Below are positions 54,287-62,508 of a stretch of 64,000 bases of DNA, piece by piece. A model generated the notes under the pieces. That model did not search any database. It had not been told where the DNA came from and saw only the letters and a list, made by a program, of their open reading frames with translations. A program made the position numbers and the translations under genes. Each line of letters begins with the position of its first letter. The first letter of the stretch is position 1. Source of the stretch: an uncultured Planctomycetota bacterium (GTDB lineage Bacteria > Planctomycetota > Planctomycetia > Pirellulales > Lacipirellulaceae); contig CAVRBU010000002.1 of the NCBI GenBank assembly GCA_963719315.1, positions 1,184,001 through 1,248,000 of the forward strand, read 5' to 3'.

Positions 54287-54315
54287 TGCCCCGAGATTGG
54301 ACCGTTTTTGAAACG
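54287..54315 (+). repeat. Element copy J (29-bp core)
   Basis: tgccccgagattggaccgtttttgaaacg, downstream of the PEP-CTERM gene ending at 54161. Confidence 0.55.
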
Positions 54316-54652
54316 CTTCCGCCGGGCAATGTTTCTTCCGAAGAACCTGCTTCGGTCGCCCCCACCGCTCGCATTTCGCGGGCACTCGAAGTCGCGTCGG
54401 TTGCATCGACTTCGCTGAGTTAGGACTCGGGCAAACTCGCAGCGGTGGTGCCCACTGACCGGAGTTTCTGCGAGCGAACTGTGTAGTCCAACTGATCGCA
54501 CTTAGGTGGCTTTTGGCAGCATTTGTGCCGCCGCGTTCGTGCATAAGGTCGAACCGTCCTGGGATCCGAAGCTCAGACCAGAATCGCCTTAACGAAGCGG
54601 TGTCATATTCGTTGCTTAGTTGACGCAGCCAGTAGCCGTATTAGGCCAGATC

Positions 54653-54757
54653 CGTCTCAAAAGCTCCGAGCCGACGTTTTCCGGTACTGATTTCGTGTGC
54701 CAGGAAACGTGTGTCTAAACCGGTGGTTTGCTGAAGCGTTTCACGCGTTGATGAGTT
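54653..54757 (-). repeat. Element copy I (internally deleted)
   Basis: cgtctca..ttccggtac..tgtgccaggaa..tctaaaccggtggtttg..cacgcgttgatgagtt. Confidence 0.7.
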
Positions 54758-54887
54758 GTTGAGGCAAATCCATAGGGCGGAACGAACCTGGTGATTTGAA
54801 TCTCTCCGCAACCGGCACGCGCTTAGATGCGGAAACCGGATTCGCCTGCTACGAGCAAAGCAATTTGAGCGTTTACTGCCTACTAAC

Positions 54888-56348
54888 TTACCGCCGCTCA
54901 TCCACTTCAATCTTCACCGGATAAATCAGTCCCCAATCTGCACGGCGCTCGTAAGACTCAAGCGCCGTTACCAGCGACGGTTTCACTTTCCCTTCGAATC
55001 GCGTCTTACCGTTCACCATCACCGTCACCGGCTTCGCGATATCCACCATCTTCGGATGCAGCCAAACGGTGAACCGCTTCACGTTTTGCGTCTTTACCAC
55101 GATCGTATTGTCGCCGTGGTTCTCGGCGTCGATGGCCGAGCCTTCAAGCCGGCTGGTTTCGTGCCGCAACTTCCATTCATCGAAGTCCTTCGAGCCGTTG
55201 GTGAGCAAGCGGTCGTATTCGATCGTGCCGTCGGTCGATTCATCCAGCGTCAGCCACCGATTGTGTTTCACAGGAAAACAATAATTCGCATGAAATCCCA
55301 CGGGGGACGCCAGCGCCACGTGCGAATAGTACGGATCCCGGCGCAGCGACTCAGCCGATCTAAAAAACTTCGCGACGTCCTCTCGCGAGAAACTGATCGG
55401 GTGCCCGCCGTCGTGCTCCAAATATGTGTGGTCCAGTCCGTTGCCCGATAGCAGCTTTTCCGTCTGGCGGCCGTACTCGATATCGGTAAAATGCCAACGA
55501 ACCTTCAGCTGGGCGTCGTTGACGGCTTGGATGACGCACAGCTTTGTGCCTCGAATCGCCGGCAGATACGCCAAATTCCAGGAACCCGCAGCGGCGACGA
55601 CGGCCGCAAACCGATCGGGCTGTCGCTGCGCGTGATGAAACGCCCCATAACCGCCCATTGAATGCCCGATCAGAAATACGCGGTCGGCATCGATATTGAA
55701 CCGGTTCTTGCATTCGGCAATCACGTCGGCAAGATATTCGTCCGCATCGCGCACGCACCAGCGAGCATTCGAACTCTCGTCCCAAGGCGCCGACGGCCCC
55801 ACGGCAATCATCCCCGTCGCTGCAAACACATCACCAATCTGCCGCGGGTCGCCGTCTTTGTCGATCTCGCCCGTGTCGGAATCATCCATAAACAACCGCG
55901 GATGTTCCCGCGGCGTCGTCTTTCCCCCGCCATGCATGAAGATGATGAGCCCCGCCGCGCGATCAGTCTGATAACTCTTCGGAACATTGAAGTAAAGCAA
56001 ATCATCGGGATGCTTTTTTTGTAATTTGCCGGACGTAAAATGTTCGCCGGGGTGAATCCCCGCTTTCACCGCCTCAAACGAATGTCGACTCAACTCCTCA
56101 ATTACCGGCTGAATTTCGCCGTGATAGTCGGCCAGCGTCTCCACCAATCGCGTTCGCTCTGCTTCATTCTCGCTGGTTAGGTACTCGCGGCCAATCATTT
56201 TCGCTTGCGCTGGATCGATCGCCAATACGATGTCGGGGCATGCCATCGTGATTAGCATGGCCGCCGAGAATGCGATCAGCCGATGATCCCAATTTGGGAA
56301 GCAACTGTACGTTTGCTTTGCGCGATGGGGATGATCCATAGGTAGCAT
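54888..56348 (-). CDS. Secreted alpha/beta-hydrolase (esterase/peptidase-like)
   Basis: FMHGGG, IDADRVFLIGHSMGG nucleophile elbow, VND and GGH; start uncertain. Confidence 0.85.
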   Translation of the reverse strand: MLPMDHPHRAKQTYSCFPNWDHRLIAFSAAMLITMACPDIVLAIDPAQAKMIGREYLTSENEAERTRLVETLADYHGEIQPVIEELSRHSFEAVKAGIHPGEHFTSGKLQKKHPDDLLYFNVPKSYQTDRAAGLIIFMHGGGKTTPREHPRLFMDDSDTGEIDKDGDPRQIGDVFAATGMIAVGPSAPWDESSNARWCVRDADEYLADVIAECKNRFNIDADRVFLIGHSMGGYGAFHHAQRQPDRFAAVVAAAGSWNLAYLPAIRGTKLCVIQAVNDAQLKVRWHFTDIEYGRQTEKLLSGNGLDHTYLEHDGGHPISFSREDVAKFFRSAESLRRDPYYSHVALASPVGFHANYCFPVKHNRWLTLDESTDGTIEYDRLLTNGSKDFDEWKLRHETSRLEGSAIDAENHGDNTIVVKTQNVKRFTVWLHPKMVDIAKPVTVMVNGKTRFEGKVKPSLVTALESYERRADWGLIYPVKIEVDERR

Positions 56349-56410
56349 TATAGATGAGAATCGGATGAGCGGCGAAGGCGTCAGTCGCGGACAAGGAAGC
56401 AGGTCGGCTC

Positions 56411-56460
56411 GTCGCCGGCTGGCCGTTTCTAAAGGGGTCGGTTGTTGACAGTTTCACGCT
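56411..56460 (-). repeat. Element copy K
   Basis: gtcgccggctggccgtttctaaaggggtcggttgttgacagtttcacgc, 22 bp past the stop at 56482. Confidence 0.75.
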
Positions 56461-56481
56461 CTGGCGACTTTTCGACAATTG

Positions 56482-59448
56482 CTATGCGGTCCGGCCCCGC
56501 CGCACACAACAGCCAGCCGCCGCTAACATCAGCAGGACCAGCGTCGCCGGTTCGGGAACGGCGGCATTCGCGACGGCATCCGCGCCGTTGCCAACGGTTT
56601 GGCCGAAGTGGGCACGCCAAACGCCGTAATCGCCTGCGTCGATCATGCCGTTGTGATTCCCGTCGGCGGCGAGGTCGCTGCCGCTTTGACCGAGCGTGTT
56701 GCGCCACACGACGCAGTCGGCGGCGTCGACGAAGCCATTTTGGTTGTAATCACCGGGGAGCGGCACCTCGATAAATGCGCTGAGAATCAACTGGTTTGGA
56801 TTGAAGGGACTTCCTGCGCCGTAATTGACGATGAACGACCCGCCGCCGTCGCTGGTCGTGAGCCGCTGGCCATTGGCGACGTTGGCAAACGCTCCAGAAA
56901 TGCCGCTTCCTGTGTTCATGATGGCGAACATATCAACTGGACTGGGCATGAAGCCGTTGACGAGCGCGAGCTGCAACTCACCTGCGATAATTGCACTGCC
57001 TGTGACGTTTACGAAATCACGCTGAATGCCTGCAGTCAGGCCGCCGATCTCGATCTCAACCGCCGCAACGGACTGCTGCGTGTAGTTGCCCGTGATCGTG
57101 GCGCTGCCGGGCGAATGTCCGGGGGCGAGCTTGCCGCCCTTATTGAGAAGGTTTCCATTGAAGTTGACGACGTGGAGCGTGCCGGAGGCCCAATCGAATT
57201 CGCCGCCGCCTTGAAAGCTGATGGTTTCGGCATCGAGCGTGCCGCCCGCAAGATGCACATGGCCGCCGGCGAATAGGGCTAACTCATGAGCGGCGTTCAC
57301 CATGCCGCCCGGATTGATAAACAGCGAGCCGGTGCCGCCGCCGGGCGGCAGCTCTTCATCGATGCCCTCGCCGATGGCGAAGCGGCCGGTGATCGTCCAC
57401 AGCGAGCCGGGGCCGCTTACTGTCGCCGTGCCCGTCGAGGTGAGCGCACCGGAAATCCACGTATTCCCGCTGGAGACGTGGCCGGCGTTTTCGATCGCCA
57501 GCGTTCCCATGGCGTCGAATCCGACGAACAGTTGCCCCGTGTTCGTCCAAGTCGAGCCGGCGCCGGTTATTGTTACCATGCCGACAGCGTTGGATCGGGC
57601 ACCGATCACGCCATTCACGTTGGAGACGCTGCCGCCATTTTCGATCCGCAGCGTGCCATGGCCAAATTGAGCGACGGAAAAGAACGAGCTGTTATTCCAG
57701 CTTGAGCCGGGGCCAGATACCGTTGCTGTGCCGACCGAATTATCAAAGTCGGCAACAAAACCATCGCTGCTTGAAACGTGGCCGCCGGCATCGATCACGA
57801 GCGTGCCGTTCCCGTCACCACCAACAACGAGGCTACTGCTGTTGTTCCACGTCGAGTCGGCGCCAGTCACGGTCGCTGAGCCATGCGATCCATTGGCTTC
57901 GCCGATGACGCCATCCGCGTTCGCGACGCTTCCGCCACCTTCGATCGTTAGCGTGCCGGTGCCTGCGTCGCCAACAACGAGCATGCTATTATTGGTGGTC
58001 CACTGTGCGCCGAGGCCTGTGACTTTGGCCGTGCCCGTCGAGCCAACGTGAGCGCCGAGGGTGCCGCCCGGATTAGGAACCGAGGCGGTGCTGGATACAT
58101 GGCCGCCATCCTTGATTACCAACTTGCCCGATCCGAAGTCGCCGACCGTGAGCGCGTGACTGTTGGTCCACGTCGAGCCGGCGCCCGTGACTTTGACGCT
58201 GCCGTCGGAGCCAGCTTGAACGCCGAGGGTTGACTCCTCATTCGATACGCTGCCGCCGGCCGAAACCGTCAAGTCGCCCAGGCCCTGGTTGCCGACGAAA
58301 AGTAAGCTGCCGATTGACCACTGCGATCCGCTGCCGCTGATTGTGACGAAGCCGTTCGCGGCGGCGAAATCGCCGATCGTGCCGCCGGCGCTAGTGACGT
58401 GCGCGCCGTTTTCAACGCTCAACGTGCCTGTACCGCCCCCAGCAACAAACAGACTGTTATCGGAAGTCCATGTTGATCCGACGCCAGTGACCGTCGCGGT
58501 GCTGTTCGAGCCGCTATTCAAGCCGACATAACCGGACGCGTCGGCGAGGCTGCCGCCGGCTTCGATTTGTAACACACCGGCGCCCATATCGCCGACAATT
58601 AAATTCGAGGTGTTCGTCCAGGTTGAGCCGCTGCCGCGGATGATGGTCGTCCCATCGGAGCCGGCGGCGCCGCCCAGGCTACCTGCGACCGCGGAGACGC
58701 TGCCGCCAGCTTCGATCGTGAGCATTCCCGTACCGAAAACGCCCACGCTAAGCGCACCGTTGTTGGTCCAAACTGCGCCTGAGCCGCTAACCAATGCCGT
58801 CCCATTCGATCCCGTTCGATATCCCAACCCCGAGGTCCCGAAGATACCGGTAAGATTCACTTGTGCGCCGGGCCTGACGTTCAGCGTGCCGGTGCCGCGA
58901 TCGCCGACAATCAGCGCCGCATCGCCAAAACCGCTGCTATTGCCAGTGAGATTGAACACACCCGAGTTGACGTTGAGCGTGCCGTTCGACCCGGCCGGAT
59001 CACCAATTGTGGCGGCCGCGCCGCTCAAGAGGGAAAGACTGCTGTTGAGCACCGCGGCCGTATCGCCGGGGAACTGGCCAATGATGATGCCGCGAGCGGC
59101 CTCCGTCGTCGAAGGCTCAGTAAGTGTGTACGTCGATGGTCCACGGGCCGGACTGATCGATTCAACAAAAGAAACTGTATTCGATCCGATGCGCAGTCGG
59201 CCCGACGTGTAATTGGCGATCGGCTGAATGATGAGGTTACCGGGAAAGGTGACACCGTAGGTGATGCCGGCGCCAAGACGATACTCGGCCGGGTCACTGG
59301 GGCCCGGTACGCCGCTATCCCAATTCGTCGGATCGTTGAAGTTGCCGCCGGTTGGCGTTTTCCAAACGGCTGCGAGGGCGCACATGGGCGGGACAACGGT
59401 CACGATTGCGAACATGGCGAGCGCGAAGCGGAGAATGCAGCGGCTCAT
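56482..59448 (-). CDS. Large beta-helix-type T5SS/PEP-CTERM-associated repeat protein with dockerin-like domain and PEP-CTERM anchor
   Basis: Many G.GS.W.....L.VG..G.G.L.I..GG.V repeats; LAPGHSPG; GDYNQNGFVDAAD; VPEPATL-TM-RR. Confidence 0.92.
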   Translation of the reverse strand: MSRCILRFALAMFAIVTVVPPMCALAAVWKTPTGGNFNDPTNWDSGVPGPSDPAEYRLGAGITYGVTFPGNLIIQPIANYTSGRLRIGSNTVSFVESISPARGPSTYTLTEPSTTEAARGIIIGQFPGDTAAVLNSSLSLLSGAAATIGDPAGSNGTLNVNSGVFNLTGNSSGFGDAALIVGDRGTGTLNVRPGAQVNLTGIFGTSGLGYRTGSNGTALVSGSGAVWTNNGALSVGVFGTGMLTIEAGGSVSAVAGSLGGAAGSDGTTIIRGSGSTWTNTSNLIVGDMGAGVLQIEAGGSLADASGYVGLNSGSNSTATVTGVGSTWTSDNSLFVAGGGTGTLSVENGAHVTSAGGTIGDFAAANGFVTISGSGSQWSIGSLLFVGNQGLGDLTVSAGGSVSNEESTLGVQAGSDGSVKVTGAGSTWTNSHALTVGDFGSGKLVIKDGGHVSSTASVPNPGGTLGAHVGSTGTAKVTGLGAQWTTNNSMLVVGDAGTGTLTIEGGGSVANADGVIGEANGSHGSATVTGADSTWNNSSSLVVGGDGNGTLVIDAGGHVSSSDGFVADFDNSVGTATVSGPGSSWNNSSFFSVAQFGHGTLRIENGGSVSNVNGVIGARSNAVGMVTITGAGSTWTNTGQLFVGFDAMGTLAIENAGHVSSGNTWISGALTSTGTATVSGPGSLWTITGRFAIGEGIDEELPPGGGTGSLFINPGGMVNAAHELALFAGGHVHLAGGTLDAETISFQGGGEFDWASGTLHVVNFNGNLLNKGGKLAPGHSPGSATITGNYTQQSVAAVEIEIGGLTAGIQRDFVNVTGSAIIAGELQLALVNGFMPSPVDMFAIMNTGSGISGAFANVANGQRLTTSDGGGSFIVNYGAGSPFNPNQLILSAFIEVPLPGDYNQNGFVDAADCVVWRNTLGQSGSDLAADGNHNGMIDAGDYGVWRAHFGQTVGNGADAVANAAVPEPATLVLLMLAAAGCCVRRGRTA

Positions 59449-59933
59449 TGCGACGACTCCCGGTTGAACTTAAATAGAGAGCAGCGAAAATCGCGGAGCG
59501 ACGAATGTCCCGCCAGTATACCCGTTCGCTAGAACTGAGAAGTAATTTGTCAGCGAGTGGCGCCGAAATGTCGGCCGGCGAGGCCGATCATGAGCAGTGC
59601 CGCGGCGAACGCGGACAGCACGATCGCCATCGGCTCGGGCACCCGACAAGGTGCCGCGACCTCGAAAAGCTATCCGAAGCCGCAATAATTCGGAATTCGG
59701 CCGCCAACAGTGGCACACAGTTCAATGTGATTTAATCCTTTGTCGCTTCTTTGGCGCGGACCGTTGCGGTGCGACTGAACACTGGCTTTCGCGAGTGAGT
59801 CGAGAGGGTCGGTGAAGAAATAACTGAGCTGCTTGAATTGGAAGTCCTGACCGAGATTCGCCGCGGCGAGGGACGGTTCAGGCTTGGCGTCGCGGACTAT
59901 TTCCGGCGGATCCGGGTTCATGTTGTCGAGAAG

Positions 59934-60123
59934 CGTTCCTTTGCTGGGGCATTTTCAGTCCCGAACCAGCCCCGCTTCTCATTCTGAGAAAACGTATGAG
60001 TTCCCGGCACGGAAAATCTGTGCCAAGAAGCCACCGCATCGACGGGTTTAGATACGTCTATCGACACCGGCCAACCGTTTCTAAATCGGTGGGTTCTTGG
60101 CGCATCCCACGCGTTGACGAGTT
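59934..60123 (-). repeat. Element copy B (full length)
   Basis: 59995-60095 is identical over 101 bp to 61675-61775. Confidence 0.95.
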
Positions 60124-60135
60124 AATGAAACTTTT

Positions 60136-61206
60136 CTATGCGTTTCTGCCACGCCGGAGAAACCAGCTAGTCGCCGCAAACATCAGCAGTAGCAACGTTG
60201 CCGGCTCTGGGATTGAGGCATTCACACTGGTACCTGCGCCGCTGCCGGGTGGCTTGCCGAAGTTGGAGCGCCATTGCGTGTATTGCGCCGGGCCGATCGT
60301 GCCGCCAATCGCGTCGTTGGGCAGGACATTCGTCGTGCCCTCGCTCTTGCGATACACAACGTAGTCGCCGGCGTCGACGACGTGGTTGTTGTTGTAGTCG
60401 CCTGCAAGCAAAGGTGGGGGTTGAAATGCGATGGCATCGAGGGAGTTGAGCGACACGCCGATGTCAGTGACTGTGCCGGTTGTGGGGTCGATGGTCACGA
60501 TGTGCGTCGGAGGCGGCGAGCCGGGGCCAGTGTTAAGACCGTAGAGTGTGCTGCCGGTAAAATCCAAAGCTGTGTAAGCTCCGGTGCCGGCAGGCAGCGC
60601 CGGGGCGGTAATGTTGGTGTAGGCACCGGTCGTGGAATCGTACGTTCCGTAGCGGGCCGAGGTGGGCGTGCCATAGAAGACACCGGCCGAGCTAATTGCG
60701 AGGCCGCCACCGGAGGTAAATGTGAGACCGGTGCTACCGACAAGTGTGGCCTGGCCGGTGCTCGTGTTGATCGTATAGAGATTTGGGCCGCCGATGGAAC
60801 CGATGCCGTACAGGATGCCGGCCGAATCAAATGCGATATCCGCCATCGTCGCCGGTGTACCGGATCCATTAACCGGCCCCGCATTGAACGAGCCGATCAC
60901 GAGGACTTGCGCAGTAACGGGATTAATCTTGACGAGCATCGCCGCAGTTCCAGCAACACTGTTTCCCGTCGAGCCGAGCAGTGCGCCGGTGTGTGGTTGA
61001 AACGCAAGTCCTGTGATTGGATAGTTGACATTGTTTAGGTCGTTCAGCGGCCCGACATCCTGAACCACTGCGCCGGTCGAGGAGTCGAGGATGTAGAGTT
61101 CGCCAGTCGTTCCAGCGGCGGTCGAAGCATACATCGTGAGGGCATCTGCGCGCACGGCGAGGAACAGCAATCCAAACGCACATAGCAACGAGCCGAGAAT
61201 GTTCAC
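60136..61206 (-). CDS. Beta-propeller-like PEP-CTERM protein with dockerin-like domain
   Basis: LY.I...TG.AT.VG / LAF repeats; GDYNNNHVVDAGDY; IPEPATL-TM-RR. Confidence 0.9.
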   Translation of the reverse strand: MNILGSLLCAFGLLFLAVRADALTMYASTAAGTTGELYILDSSTGAVVQDVGPLNDLNNVNYPITGLAFQPHTGALLGSTGNSVAGTAAMLVKINPVTAQVLVIGSFNAGPVNGSGTPATMADIAFDSAGILYGIGSIGGPNLYTINTSTGQATLVGSTGLTFTSGGGLAISSAGVFYGTPTSARYGTYDSTTGAYTNITAPALPAGTGAYTALDFTGSTLYGLNTGPGSPPPTHIVTIDPTTGTVTDIGVSLNSLDAIAFQPPPLLAGDYNNNHVVDAGDYVVYRKSEGTTNVLPNDAIGGTIGPAQYTQWRSNFGKPPGSGAGTSVNASIPEPATLLLLMFAATSWFLRRGRNA

Positions 61207-61386
61207 GATGGATTCCTTGGAATCGAGGCCCGGGTCTACCGCTTACACTGCGTTAGCCGGGAGTCCTCTATCACTTAGTAACGCCTGGGCAACCGAACGA
61301 GATAATACTGCGAACGGCATTGATGATGAACGCTGCGACCAAACTATGTCAAGCAGCTACAGGAAACTCACTGCACTGGCTAGGCG

Positions 61387-61520
61387 TCAGGTTGCTTGCA
61401 ACCATACGATCAGCCCCAACACGACCGCAACCAGCGTCGTGGCGATTAGTAGAGTGCGGAAGCTAAAAAGCCAGCGGAGCTGGGCGATGCCCGATAGTGC
61501 GGCGGCGATCCGCCAGCAAT
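61387..61520 (-). pseudogene. Fragment of a planctomycete membrane-protein family (xFSxRTLL motif)
   Basis: ..LRWLFSFRTLLIATTLVAVVLGLIVW..*. Confidence 0.45.
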
Positions 61521-61613
61521 ACGACCAATGCACCTGGGCAGGACAAACGTCGATTGATTGATTTGGTCGCCTCGAACGAAGTGGCGAATGGGCCTGTATA
61601 GGAATCCAGAAAT

Positions 61614-61802
61614 CGTTCCTTTGCCGGCGCGTTTCAGGGCTCAAAGCGGCCCAACGTCTCATTCCGAGAAAACCTATGAGTTCCCGGCACGGAAAATCTG
61701 TGCCAAGAAGCCACCGCATCGACGGGTTTAGATACGTCTATCGACACCGGCCAACCGTTTCTAAATCGGTGGGTTGTTGACAATCTCACGCGTAGACGAG
61801 TT
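61614..61802 (-). repeat. Element copy C (full length)
   Basis: Near-identical to copy B; follows the TAG at 61814-61816. Confidence 0.95.
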
Positions 61803-61813
61803 GATGGTACTCG

Positions 61814-62508
61814 CTATGCGGCCCGGCGTCGCCGGAGACACCAGCCAATCGCGGCCAGCTGAAACAGCATCAGGCTTGCCGGCTCAGGAATGACCACCGC
61901 GGCGTACGTCGATCCAATCCGAAGCTCGTCGAGGAAATTATTGTTGTCGCCTCGTATTTCGAAGCGGAGCGAAGAGATTGCAGTAAAGTCGATGTCGAGG
62001 CCAGAAAGGGAAAAGGCAAATTGGGCGTTCGGATCGGACAGGTTGAAGCTCGGCGAAACCGCCTGGGGAATTGCCGTATCGTAGCCGACCAGTGCCAGCG
62101 AGTCCGCCCCGAGACCGCGCTGTTGAAATAACGCCCGATTAACCAGAGCGTTTGGCCGTCCGAAAAGGAGTTGTCAGCCCCATCTGTAATGAGCCTGCCG
62201 GTGGCTGCGGTGTTCGCACGGATACTGACTCCCCTCACGCCCACCGCGGCCTTTCCGAAGCTAAGCTCGTCACCGTTTACGTCGTCAATGAAGCTGACGC
62301 GAACCAACCGGTTCCCGGCAGCCGAATCGTCGAACGTGAATAGTGCACTGAAAAAGACCTCATCGCCGGCGTTGATATGGATCACTTCGTCAAGCGCAAC
62401 CGTGGCGACTCCTGCAACGACGCCACTTTCGTCGCTGAGCCGGTTTCCTGCGACGCTCGGCAAATGTCCCAGGAGACTCCCGTACGTCGAGCCGGGATTA
62501 GAAATTCC
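61814..62508 (-). pseudogene. PEP-CTERM protein, 5' part cut off by an IS66-like insertion (also a frameshift near 62105)
   Basis: C-terminus ..FLDELRIGSTYAAVVIPEPASLMLFQLAAIGWCLRRRRAA*. Confidence 0.8.
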
